From: Candidatus Poribacteria bacterium
GTDB lineage: Bacteria; Poribacteria; WGA-4E; WGA-3G
Assembly: GCA_965215265.1 (NCBI GenBank)
Contig: OZ244048.1
Location: forward strand, 3,936,001 to 4,000,000
Direction: 5' to 3'
DNA: 64,000 nucleotides
Below the pieces are notes generated by a model that saw only the letters and a list, made by a program, of their open reading frames with translations, made no database searches and was not told the DNA's origin. The stretch's first letter is position 1. Each line of letters begins with the position of its first letter. Positions 41,055 to 50,999 of the stretch are shown here, piece by piece. Made by a program: the position numbers and the translations under genes.

Positions 41055-42092
41055 ATGTATAAAAGCGCGATTTTAGGATGTCGCGGCCGTGCGCGAGGGC
41101 ACGCCCGCGCTTATGAACATGTAAAGGGCGGTAAACTCGCTGCGATCTGTGATATGAATGAGGCGCTTCTAAACGATTTCGGCGACGAATTCAGGATTGA
41201 TGCCCGCTATACCGAGCTGGATGAGATGCTCACTAAGGAAAAACCGGATCTGTTGCACATCGTCACGGCACCAGTTTTGCGCGGAACTAACGAACGGATC
41301 CGGTACCCGCTAATGAACCAGGCTTCCGAGCACGGCGTTCCTGCAGCAATTGTCGAAAAACCGATAGCAGTGGAAAGTGAGGATTGGCGGCAGATTTACG
41401 CGCTTTCGCAACGTACAAAAACGAAGTTTGTTGTTAATACACAACTTAATTTCCACCCGCAGAACCTTGCCCTGAAACGTGACGTAGCAGACGGGAAAAT
41501 CGGTGCGATTAAGTTTATTGAGGCGAGCGCACGCAACCCGCCTGTTGATCAAGCACCGCACGTTCTTCAGCTTGTATCATCCTATATTGATAACTCGCGT
41601 CCGGTGAAAGTGCATGGACAGATCTCTGGTGCGGGCCAATTAGATAGCGCGCAACCCTCACCAGCGAACGCGACGGCCTTGGTTACGTATGCAAATGGCG
41701 TACAAGCCTCTGTCGCCTTCGGCCCCGAGATGGCCCCGCGTGTTCTACCTGAGACCGGAAATAACCGGCACAAGCGAGTTTGTGTGTTTGGTGAAAAAGG
41801 GTTCGTCCATTGGCGGTTTGAGAGTTGGGAACGGAACACCCCTGGAGGCGGCTATGAAGGCGGAGACCTAAGTTACGGCGCGCAAGATGTAATTGCACAA
41901 GGCGGGCTCACCGAGGCAGTGTTTGAGTGGCTTGACGATGAAAACAAGGTGCATCCGACGCATTTGCCGCAATCTCTTGCCGAGTTCAACCTCTTATTAG
42001 GGATTTACTACAGCGGCTTGACTCACACAGTTATTGAATTACCATTTGACCCGCCGGATGGGATGATGGCGATGTTCCGGGAACAACTCTAA
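41055..42092 (+). CDS. Gfo/Idh/MocA family oxidoreductase
   Basis: AILGC.GR...H, EML..EKPDL, VEKP; GGAG RBS. Confidence 0.85.
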   Translation: MYKSAILGCRGRARGHARAYEHVKGGKLAAICDMNEALLNDFGDEFRIDARYTELDEMLTKEKPDLLHIVTAPVLRGTNERIRYPLMNQASEHGVPAAIVEKPIAVESEDWRQIYALSQRTKTKFVVNTQLNFHPQNLALKRDVADGKIGAIKFIEASARNPPVDQAPHVLQLVSSYIDNSRPVKVHGQISGAGQLDSAQPSPANATALVTYANGVQASVAFGPEMAPRVLPETGNNRHKRVCVFGEKGFVHWRFESWERNTPGGGYEGGDLSYGAQDVIAQGGLTEAVFEWLDDENKVHPTHLPQSLAEFNLLLGIYYSGLTHTVIELPFDPPDGMMAMFREQL

Positions 42093-42338
42093 TACTCTTG
42101 GAAGCAGTTGGAACTCTCCGATTGCGCTTTCTGTTACTCACAAATTGTAGACAGGTGATTGGACGGTGACCGTCGCGGAGAGCGCCCCAATGAAATTGCG
42201 TTCGTATTGGCAAACCATGCCCCAACGTGGCGGATGTCAATAACGATATCCCAGACCACGTCTTAGCTGCTGGTGCACTTGGGAGTGTAGCCGAAGCAGA
42301 GCCGGTCAGAAATCGAGAACGGCTAAGGAGCCTCGTTT

Positions 42339-43502
42339 GTGAAAAACATCATCTATATGGATAACCATGCTACAACGCCTGTCGCGCCGGAAGTGTTAGC
42401 GGCTATGATACCCTATTTAAAGACGCATTTCGGCAATGCCGCAAGCACCCATCTGTTCGGGATTGTCGCAAAGGAGGCGGTAGAAACAGCACGCCAACAA
42501 GTTGCTGATCTGCTCGGTTGCTCTGCTGAAGAGGTGATATTCACGAGCGGGGCCACTGAGTCGGATAACCTTGCAATCAGAGGCGTTGCTTACGCCTGTC
42601 GAGATAACGGAAATCACATTATCACGAGCACAGCAGAGCATCACGCTGTCTTGGATACTTGCCACGCATTAGAAGCGGACGGGTTTGAAACGACGTATCT
42701 GCCTGTAGATAGATACGGGATGGTTGATCCAGGCGATGTAGAGCGTGCTGTAACCTCGAAAACGGTGCTAATGAGTTTTATGTATGCGAATAACGAGGTC
42801 GGCACGATAAATCCGCTCTCCGATATCGCCGCGATTGCTGCCAAACATGGCGTGATTCTTCATTCAGATGCGGTGCAAGGCATCGGGAAATTGATGTCAA
42901 ATGTGGATACGTTGGGGTTAGAATTGGCATCGATAACCGCGCACAAGATGTATGGACCGAAAGGGGTTGGCGCGCTTTACGTTAGGAGCCGAGGCGGCAC
43001 CCCTATCCGAGGAATGTATCCGCTCTTCTATGGCGGCGGTCAAGAGACGGGCATTCGCCCTGGTACATTAAACGTCGCCGGCATTGTCGGCTTAGGTGGT
43101 GCCTGTGAACTCGCTTCAAAACATCTTGAAACGGAGAAAACGCACGTCGCAGCGTTGCGCGATGTCCTTCACCAAAAATTAGATGCACGGTTATCAGATA
43201 TTCACCTCAACGGGCACCCTGAAAAACGGCTGCCGGGCAACTTGAACCTCTCTTTTAGGGGCGTACAAAGCCACGCATTACTAATGGGGCTTAAACGGGT
43301 TGCGGTTTCAACAGGCTCCGCGTGTGATTCTGAATCAGTCAAACCTTCGCATGTTTTAACTGCAATGGGCATCCCGCAGGAACTGGCAGTAACAGCCATC
43401 CGGTTCGGTTTGGGGCGTTATAATACGTTGGAAGAAGTCAATATCGTCGTTGATGAAGTCGTGGCAGCCGTTAACCGGCTTCGCGAACTATCGAGGGGTT
43501 AG
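42339..43502 (+). CDS. iscS: Cysteine desulfurase (IscS/NifS family)
   Basis: IYMDNHATTP, FGNA.S, FTSGATE.DN, EHHAV, NNEVG, AHKMYGPKG.G, STGSAC, RFGLGR. Confidence 0.92.
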   Translation: MKNIIYMDNHATTPVAPEVLAAMIPYLKTHFGNAASTHLFGIVAKEAVETARQQVADLLGCSAEEVIFTSGATESDNLAIRGVAYACRDNGNHIITSTAEHHAVLDTCHALEADGFETTYLPVDRYGMVDPGDVERAVTSKTVLMSFMYANNEVGTINPLSDIAAIAAKHGVILHSDAVQGIGKLMSNVDTLGLELASITAHKMYGPKGVGALYVRSRGGTPIRGMYPLFYGGGQETGIRPGTLNVAGIVGLGGACELASKHLETEKTHVAALRDVLHQKLDARLSDIHLNGHPEKRLPGNLNLSFRGVQSHALLMGLKRVAVSTGSACDSESVKPSHVLTAMGIPQELAVTAIRFGLGRYNTLEEVNIVVDEVVAAVNRLRELSRG

Positions 43503-43545
43503 CCTGTCGCGAGGGATACGACAATTTTGAACAGCAACCTGTTTT

Positions 43546-45588
43546 ATGCTTACGTTTGAACAACTCCTTTCATGTGGATTAGACAAGGCAGCGGCTTCAG
43601 AGATAGCAGCCAAAGTGAATAGGCTTTTGGTGAAGCTGCCCGCGCCGGACTGTTGGCGTGAAATTTCACGCAGTCTTCTCAAGCCGCAACACCCATTCGC
43701 CCTGCACCAATTACTCTATGAAAAGACGTATGCTCAGTGGAATGTCACGACGCACGGCCCTTCACCTGCCTGGTTCCCTACCAAAGAGGACATCGTTAAC
43801 GCAAATATAACTCGTCTGATGGAAGCACTCCAGATAGATACCTATTCGGAATTCCATGCCTGGACAGTAAAGAATCGCAACGCGTTTTGGCAAAAGATGA
43901 TTGACACGTTGGGCATCAAAGTGGGGGAGACAAACCGAGGTGGCGGGGCCGCTTCAACAGTCAGCGTAATCGATGGATTTTCGGGTGGCGGGTACGCAGA
44001 TATGACAGTTGTACCTGACTTCAACATCGCCGAGAGTTGTTTTAATGCCCCCGATGATGCCACTGCGATTATCGCACAATCTGAAACGGACGGAGTCCCA
44101 TTCACGCTAACTTATTGTGAATTGGAAAGCCTCACCAACCGCGTAGCTAACGGACTCATTGAGCTCGGTATAGAGCCCGGAGACGCAATCGCTGTTGATA
44201 TGCCGATGAACGCCGAGTCTGTAGCGATCTATCTAGGGGTTATCAAAGCCGGTTGTGCAGTAGTTTCTATCGCTGATAGTTTTGCCCCGGATGAAATAGC
44301 GACGCGGCTCCGCATTGGTCATGCAAAAGTTATCTTCACACAAGACTATATTTATAGAGGCGGCAAACGTTTGCCCTTGTATGAGAAAGTCGTCGCCGCC
44401 AATTCCCCGATGGCAATCCTCCTAGGGGCAACCGCAGACGCATCTGTTCTGCGGACAGATGACAGGTTATGGAATGATTTCCTCAGCGATACTGAGACAT
44501 TTTCTGCGATGCCGTGTGATGCTGAATTGCATACCAACATCCTCTTTTCTTCTGGGACGACTGGGGAACCGAAGGCAATTCCGTGGACGCATACGACTCC
44601 GATTAAATGTGCCACCGATGCTTACCTGCACCATGATATTCATCCTGGGGACGTTCTGGCCTGGCCAACGAACCTGGGTTGGATGATGGGCCCATGGCTT
44701 ATCTATGCCAGTTTAATTAATAAAGCCACTATTGCCCTGTACGATGGGTTACCAACGACGCGCGATTTCGGGGTCTTTGTGGAAAAGGCTAACGTCAACA
44801 TGCTCGGTGTCGTCCCAACACTCGTACGTGCGTGGAAAAATACTGATTGCATGGCTGGACTTGACTGGAGCGCCCTCAGGACGTTCAGTTCCACAGGCGA
44901 ATGTTCGAATCCGACAGAGATGTTGTTTCTGATGTCGATTGCTGGCTATCGCCCGGTGATTGAGTATTGTGGTGGCACTGAAATTGGTGGTGCGTATATA
45001 ACCGGTACCCGGGTGCAGCCGGCAGCGCCTTCAACCTTCACAACGCCTGCACTCGGCTTGGATTTTCTGCTCTTTGATGAGGTGGGGGCTCCAACAGATA
45101 ATGGCGAAGTTTTCATCATTCCCCCATCCGTCGGGTTGTCTACGACGCTTCTGAATGCTGAACATGATGCCGTCTACTTTTCGGATACGCCCAAACGCGG
45201 GGTGCGCCGACACGGGGATGCGTTGGAACAGTTAGCCAACGGCTACTACCGGATTCACGGACGTGTTGACGATACGATGAACTTGAGCGGAATTAAGGTG
45301 AGCTCCGCAGAAATTGAGGAAGTGCTAAACACCGTCACAGGTATTCAGGAGACAGCAGCGGTTGCCGTCCCGCCGAAAGATGGCGGACCGAGTCGACTGT
45401 TCATCTATACCGTGCTTAGCACACCCGGATGCGTCCAGACACCCGAAGAGATTCATCAGGCACTACAGGCAGCTCTCGGAGAACGGTTCAATCCGTTGTT
45501 TAGCATCCACAAGGTTGTCGTTATGGATGCCTTACCGCGAACTGCATCCAATAAGTTGATGCGCCGCTTGTTACGTGCTCAGTTGTAA
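43546..45588 (+). CDS. AMP-binding acyl-CoA synthetase (plant AAE17/AAE18-like)
   Basis: ILFSSGTTGEPKAIPW, WPTNLGWMMGPW, EYCGGTEIGG, HGD, GR.DD, LPRTASNK. Confidence 0.88.
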   Translation: MLTFEQLLSCGLDKAAASEIAAKVNRLLVKLPAPDCWREISRSLLKPQHPFALHQLLYEKTYAQWNVTTHGPSPAWFPTKEDIVNANITRLMEALQIDTYSEFHAWTVKNRNAFWQKMIDTLGIKVGETNRGGGAASTVSVIDGFSGGGYADMTVVPDFNIAESCFNAPDDATAIIAQSETDGVPFTLTYCELESLTNRVANGLIELGIEPGDAIAVDMPMNAESVAIYLGVIKAGCAVVSIADSFAPDEIATRLRIGHAKVIFTQDYIYRGGKRLPLYEKVVAANSPMAILLGATADASVLRTDDRLWNDFLSDTETFSAMPCDAELHTNILFSSGTTGEPKAIPWTHTTPIKCATDAYLHHDIHPGDVLAWPTNLGWMMGPWLIYASLINKATIALYDGLPTTRDFGVFVEKANVNMLGVVPTLVRAWKNTDCMAGLDWSALRTFSSTGECSNPTEMLFLMSIAGYRPVIEYCGGTEIGGAYITGTRVQPAAPSTFTTPALGLDFLLFDEVGAPTDNGEVFIIPPSVGLSTTLLNAEHDAVYFSDTPKRGVRRHGDALEQLANGYYRIHGRVDDTMNLSGIKVSSAEIEEVLNTVTGIQETAAVAVPPKDGGPSRLFIYTVLSTPGCVQTPEEIHQALQAALGERFNPLFSIHKVVVMDALPRTASNKLMRRLLRAQL

Positions 45589-45732
45589 TCTCAAATTAAT
45601 ACGTGTAAATCCAATAAATTCAATCCTCCCGTCTCTTTCTTGCACGTTTTCTTTTCATATAAGAGTTAGACTGTGTTAAACTATTATTCACAAGAGATAG
45701 ACTTGTAATGCTCCGGAAAAGGAGGCAGATCC

Positions 45733-46914
45733 ATGAAAATCTTAATGACCTTCAGTATTCCGTTTCTAATTTTCGCCGGGTGCACCAGCGTTGAATACCA
45801 AAAGATGCAGCGAGAACGAGATGGCCTCATTGCGAATTACGAAGAACTCCGCCGAGAGCAAGATAGCGGAACGGTTGAAGCCGAGTTAACAGATAAACTG
45901 CTCGGAAAATGGAAATTCCTTAACCTTGAGGTTGAGGCAGGGAATGTGAGTGAGAGTGTAGCCGAAGCAAAAGCCGCCCTATATGCGCTGGAATTGGAAA
46001 ATCTCACCCTTGAATTTTTTGAAGATCGTAAATCTTACTATTATCGCGGAAATAGAGGCACCACAGAAGTCTTCGGGCGATTTAACATCACCACCGTCCG
46101 CTACGGCGACGAGCCTTTTCCGTTCATTCGGTTCATCAGACGTTCCGGTCCGCTGATGGCAAAACTTCTCTTCGCGGCGGGCCCCGATGGAAGACCGGGC
46201 GGACTAAAAAGTGCACAAGTACCTTCTTCTGAAAAGGTAAACGACATCGGCATTTCTGTCACGGAAGACAGGTTATATTTTAGTTTCTATGGAGATATGA
46301 TCTTAAGCGCCAACGGTTGGGTGGAGAGCGGTGGACTCCGTTGCTATTTTGAACGAATAGTTTCTGAGGAGGACACCAACGTGGCATACCAAGAAACGCA
46401 GTACAGACGTGCGAAAACTCGTGAGGCTTATGAAGATGCACGCAGAGCAGCCGATGTCCGCACGAAGGAAGCTGCCTTAACCGATAAACTGCTCGGAAAA
46501 TGGCAATTTCTTGATATAGAGGTCGCCAGCGGTGATGTGAGTGAAGAGCTCGCGGCATCGAAATATGAACTCCATGCGACCCTCCGAAAAAACCTGACCC
46601 TCGAATTTTTTATAACTCGCAGCGTATTTCGACGTTACCGAGGTAAAAATGGAGACAAGGAAATATCCGGAGAGTTTAAAATCAACCTAAAACGTTTTGG
46701 TGGCGATTTATCCCTACCGCATTTACGCGTTATTCGGGATACCGGTGAATCATTAGTACCATTCATCTCTGGTATGCCTGATATACCCGGTATGTTGGGT
46801 ATTGTCGTTACCGAAGACCTGTTGTATCTAAACGTGTCCGGCTTAACAGAATTAACCCCAAATGGATGGGTACAGAGTGGGGGAATTCGCTGTTCTTTCA
46901 AACGGATTAAATAG
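45733..46914 (+). CDS. Lipoprotein, uncharacterised lipocalin-like family (paralog 2, two tandem domains)
   Basis: Lipobox FAGC; two copies of LTDKLLGKW.FL...NLTLEFF...NGW..SGG.RC.F.RI; GGAGG RBS. Confidence 0.82.
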   Translation: MKILMTFSIPFLIFAGCTSVEYQKMQRERDGLIANYEELRREQDSGTVEAELTDKLLGKWKFLNLEVEAGNVSESVAEAKAALYALELENLTLEFFEDRKSYYYRGNRGTTEVFGRFNITTVRYGDEPFPFIRFIRRSGPLMAKLLFAAGPDGRPGGLKSAQVPSSEKVNDIGISVTEDRLYFSFYGDMILSANGWVESGGLRCYFERIVSEEDTNVAYQETQYRRAKTREAYEDARRAADVRTKEAALTDKLLGKWQFLDIEVASGDVSEELAASKYELHATLRKNLTLEFFITRSVFRRYRGKNGDKEISGEFKINLKRFGGDLSLPHLRVIRDTGESLVPFISGMPDIPGMLGIVVTEDLLYLNVSGLTELTPNGWVQSGGIRCSFKRIK

Positions 46915-47229
46915 GAGATGCGGAAATATAGTGAATTATGAAAATAAATAGACATCTCAGCAGAGAAACTTCGCAAACACTACGTGCCTTGGTAGACGAG
47001 GTTGCGTGAAGTTTAAAAATTGGATTCTGTCCTGACAGCTTCCTATGAAGAGTTATAGGGACGTTTTACTGAAGATTAAGATTTTAAATTGGGAACAACA
47101 ACTCTCCCAAAGACTTGTAAGCACACGTTTCTTTCCAGCAGATGATTACCCACTTAATTTTTTAATCTTTCCGCTCCGGTCACAATCTATAAGTCATTGT
47201 AAAATATGCTATAATTTTAAGGAGGAACT

Positions 47230-48168
47230 ATGAAAAGGTTAATAATGCTTGGCATAGCGCTCCTGGTGTGTACTGGTTGTACCACCAGGTCAGCCCAAGA
47301 ACTCCGGCAAGAACGGGAACGCACCATGGAGGCACAGGACGACTTGCGTAGTAAACATAATCCGGAAAAAGTCCAAAGTGCGATTAAGGAGTTGTTGGTA
47401 GGTCAATGGCAATTTGTAGATTTAGAGGTTGAAAAAGGTAACGTCAACGCGAAGTTGTTGAAAAGCATTCAAGAAAAAATAAGGCAGAAGCACATTTTTC
47501 CGGCTTCGCCAGCTACGAACGGCACAGGAGTATCGGCGAAAGTTGAAACCGACGCACACGGTCAAACGGCTCCTGAACCCAACGAATCAGGCACAGCAGC
47601 CCCAGCGTCACCCGAAGCTGTCACGACTGAACAGATAGAAACGGAGGACGCGGTGAGATTACCGCCGATCTTGGTGACAGATGACGAGAACAGCCAACAG
47701 ATAGCGGCGGCGAAGGCAAAGTTGGTAGCCGCTAACCGTAAAAACCTAACTGTGGAATTTTTTGAGCAAGGCCCCTCCTACTATTATCGTGGAATGAACG
47801 CTGGTACAACTATCACAGGGCAATGTAACGTTACCACGAAGCGCATTGGGGATGAGCCGTATCCGTTTATCAGTTTTAATCGAGCCACCGGCATTGAAAT
47901 GCTTGACTTTGTATTCGGTTCAGAAACGAGAAGACTCGCCCTTGCCAAACAAAAACGGAAAGCATTGGCTCGAAGTCAAAATTCTGGTATGAGAATCAGG
48001 CGAAGAACGATGGCGAAAGCTGCAGCCTCTCACTCAATCGCTTCAAATCTGGGAATCGCAGTGACAGCGGATCGGCTCTATTTAATTTTTTATGGGAATA
48101 TGGAGTTAACACCCATGGGCTGGATGCGTACTGGTGGACTGCGATGCACGTTCAAGCGGATTGAGTAG
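47230..48168 (+). CDS. Lipoprotein, uncharacterised lipocalin-like family (paralog 3, with low-complexity insert)
   Basis: Lipobox CTGC; LLVGQWQF, KNLTVEFF, ELTPMGW..TGGLRCTFKRIE; Pro/Ala/Thr/Glu-rich insert. Confidence 0.8.
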   Translation: MKRLIMLGIALLVCTGCTTRSAQELRQERERTMEAQDDLRSKHNPEKVQSAIKELLVGQWQFVDLEVEKGNVNAKLLKSIQEKIRQKHIFPASPATNGTGVSAKVETDAHGQTAPEPNESGTAAPASPEAVTTEQIETEDAVRLPPILVTDDENSQQIAAAKAKLVAANRKNLTVEFFEQGPSYYYRGMNAGTTITGQCNVTTKRIGDEPYPFISFNRATGIEMLDFVFGSETRRLALAKQKRKALARSQNSGMRIRRRTMAKAAASHSIASNLGIAVTADRLYLIFYGNMELTPMGWMRTGGLRCTFKRIE

Positions 48169-48320
48169 GGTTAGGATTTGTTATGCCCTGAAACGTTGTG
48201 TTTCATAGGATATAATGGAGCAAGGCATAAGCGGCATTACGTGTTTATCGCTTTTTTCTCTCATCAGTTTTGTGTTGGTGTTCGGCGGTTCAGGTATCGG
48301 GTAAACTGAAAAACCGGTAG

Positions 48321-50696
48321 ATGCACGGCGCTATGAATGAGATGAACCTTCCGATTACAGAATTAAAGAGAACATTTCAGAAGGCTCTTGCGGCTGGGCC
48401 TGTTGTTGTAGTAGCACCGACGGGGAGCGGAAAATCGACGCAGATTCCGCCGTGGTGTGCTGAGCTAACAGATGCCCCGGTACTTGTAGTGGAGCCGAGG
48501 CGCGTTGCTTGTCGTTCCCTTGCGCGGTGGATAGCACAACAGCAAGGAGAACCGGTCGGCCGCTCTGTTGGGTACACGGTGCGGTTTGAGGATGTTAGTT
48601 CCGATGCAACCCGTGTGCGCTTTGTCACCCCGGGCGTGGCGTTGCGATACGCAGCCGGGGAAGAACTAGAGAGATATGGCACGATCATTTTAGACGAGTT
48701 CCATGAGCGTAACCTAGAAGTGGACCTGTTTCTAGCCATCTGCCGGAAGAAGCTGCCCGCCACAAAATTGGTTATTATGTCTGCTACCTTAGCTGCGCAT
48801 CGGCTCTCCCACTTTATTGATGGGCAGGTGTTACGCGCAGAGGGGCACGTCTATCCAGTCACAGTGGAGTACCTTGGCGGGACGGTGGTTCCGACAGCCC
48901 GGAATTTGGTTGAACGCGTCCAAAAAGGGATTAATCGTGCACTCAAAGAGAATAACGGAAACGTGTTGGTTTTTCTCCCCGGTAAGGGCGAAATTCATGC
49001 ATGCCATGACGCACTGCGGCGGTTGAAAAACGTTGAGATTTTGCCGTTGCACGGCGATTTGCCGCCTAGTGAGCAAGATCGTGCGTTTGAGACACGCTTG
49101 CAGCGTCGCAGGGTTATCTTAGCGACGAATGTTGCGGAAACCTCGATCACACTTCCGGGTATCACCGCTGTGGTGGACGCAGGATTAGTGCGCGAGCGTA
49201 TCCATCAAAACCGGCGCATCGCTTTAGCGTTACATCCGATCTCGCAGTCTTCTGCAGAACAACGTCGAGGGCGTGCGGGGCGGCTCTGCCCCGGAAAATG
49301 CTATCGCCTCTGGGAAGCACGAGGTCAACTTGAACTGGAAACACTACCCGAAATACGGCGCGAGGATTTAACGCAGTTCGTCCTCGCTGTGGCTGCGGCC
49401 GGTTACCGTCCACAAGATCTATCTTTTCTGGATGCACCGCCGGATTTTGCCGTGGAGCGTGCGCAAACAGAATTGAAAAGTTGGGGGGTACTATCGGATG
49501 AAGGATACCTTACAAAATACGGCGCGCAGCTCTCAAATTTGCCTGTGAACGTCTCGTACGCTCGCTTGTTGGTTAAAGCATCGCCACAAATTCGCGAGGT
49601 TCTCGTTGATTTGATTGCAACGCTTGAACGTCCGGCACCGTTATGGCGGCGCATTAACCAGCTGCCGCATGCACAACGTGAGGAGGTTCAGGAAGCACGG
49701 CGTAAGGAGCTCTTCAGGGATTCGTGCGATGCAATGGCAGCAATCCGCGCCTTGCGGACGGGTGCTATCAAACGGCACCATTTGCACAAAAACGCCCTCG
49801 CTGAATGCCGCCGGATTGCAACACAGTTGCGCACTTTTTTTCAATTACCATCCTCTATAAACACGGAACATCCAGACAGGGGGCCGCTGATTGACTATCT
49901 CTTACGTGAATGGCCAGCGTGTGCTTATGTTAGAAGAAAGAGAGGGAACGGCTGGGGAAATGGACACGCAGAGGTGTTGCTTGATTCAGATTCGCTCGTC
50001 CAGAAGGATCAGCACGCCGCCTTGATTTTAGAAACCGTCGGCATCTCTAAAGGCACTCACGTCCAGTTGATGGGACGCACCGCTATGCCTTGCACCTTCG
50101 CGAATCTCATGAATGCTGGGATTGGAACAACCGAGGTGGCCACACCTAAAATAGAGAATGCAGAGGTTGTTGCAGAGGTAGTTACGACATACGCCGGGCG
50201 ACAGCTCGGCTGCGTACAAAAACCCCTGCAAGCGAAATTGCTGAGAGAAGCCGTCGCATCCCTTATCCTTTCCGGCAAACTTTTTCCGGGTGTGGCTGAA
50301 CAGTTAACACGAGCAACTGAAGCATGGAAACTCCATCGCGCGCTCTCCGGAGGCAGGCCCACAGAAACGGTGACTCCGCACAGATGGTTAGTTTCGCGAC
50401 TCGCTGTATTGGGGGTAGAAGTGTCTGCAGACCTGCAGCTTCTCTCTGCTGATGACATGAGGTTTAACAAGATAGACGTTCCCACCATCGCCAAAATTGA
50501 GAACCAGTATCCGAAGGAGTTTTCCGTTAATGGGGCAAAGTTTCAGGTTGAATATCATCCTGCCGAGAAACGGGTGATGCTGATATGGATGCGTGGCATA
50601 CGCCAGCCTGTGTTAAGTAAAATATTGCTACCGCATTGGCATGATTGGAAGGTGCAGCTAAATCTTCGTGGCCAGGTCCGCACGGTACGGCCTTAA
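48321..50696 (+). CDS. DEAH-box ATP-dependent RNA helicase (HrpB-like)
   Basis: APTGSGKST, EPRRVA, VGY.VRFE, DEFHER, MSATL, VFLPG, ATNVAETSIT, QRRGRAGR. Confidence 0.9.
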   Translation: MHGAMNEMNLPITELKRTFQKALAAGPVVVVAPTGSGKSTQIPPWCAELTDAPVLVVEPRRVACRSLARWIAQQQGEPVGRSVGYTVRFEDVSSDATRVRFVTPGVALRYAAGEELERYGTIILDEFHERNLEVDLFLAICRKKLPATKLVIMSATLAAHRLSHFIDGQVLRAEGHVYPVTVEYLGGTVVPTARNLVERVQKGINRALKENNGNVLVFLPGKGEIHACHDALRRLKNVEILPLHGDLPPSEQDRAFETRLQRRRVILATNVAETSITLPGITAVVDAGLVRERIHQNRRIALALHPISQSSAEQRRGRAGRLCPGKCYRLWEARGQLELETLPEIRREDLTQFVLAVAAAGYRPQDLSFLDAPPDFAVERAQTELKSWGVLSDEGYLTKYGAQLSNLPVNVSYARLLVKASPQIREVLVDLIATLERPAPLWRRINQLPHAQREEVQEARRKELFRDSCDAMAAIRALRTGAIKRHHLHKNALAECRRIATQLRTFFQLPSSINTEHPDRGPLIDYLLREWPACAYVRRKRGNGWGNGHAEVLLDSDSLVQKDQHAALILETVGISKGTHVQLMGRTAMPCTFANLMNAGIGTTEVATPKIENAEVVAEVVTTYAGRQLGCVQKPLQAKLLREAVASLILSGKLFPGVAEQLTRATEAWKLHRALSGGRPTETVTPHRWLVSRLAVLGVEVSADLQLLSADDMRFNKIDVPTIAKIENQYPKEFSVNGAKFQVEYHPAEKRVMLIWMRGIRQPVLSKILLPHWHDWKVQLNLRGQVRTVRP

Positions 50697-50844
50697 CTCA
50701 GACAGGAAGTCTCTGGGATGTAGAGGAAAACCAAGACGGTGGCTTTCGCGCGTTTACCGGTTCTGACAACTTCAACGGAAATCATTGGCCGTCTCCTATA
50801 AAAAAAACTCCTTGAGCGGTTCTGTGAATGGCATCTGATTTATA

Positions 50845-50874
50845 TTGACATTTCGCCCCGGTGCATGATACTAT
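50845..50874 (+). promoter_or_regulatory. Putative sigma70 promoter
   Basis: TTGACA-18-TACTAT with extended -10 TG, upstream of the CDS at 51000. Confidence 0.5.
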
Positions 50875-50999
50875 ATTTTCAGAAACTTCTGATGCAGCAA
50901 CAATTTGCCTCAGGTTGCTGATATGACTGAATCATATATTTTCAAAGCCTATGCTTGGCAGGCAAGAATCTCTAACTGAGCAAACTGTGAAGGAACATT

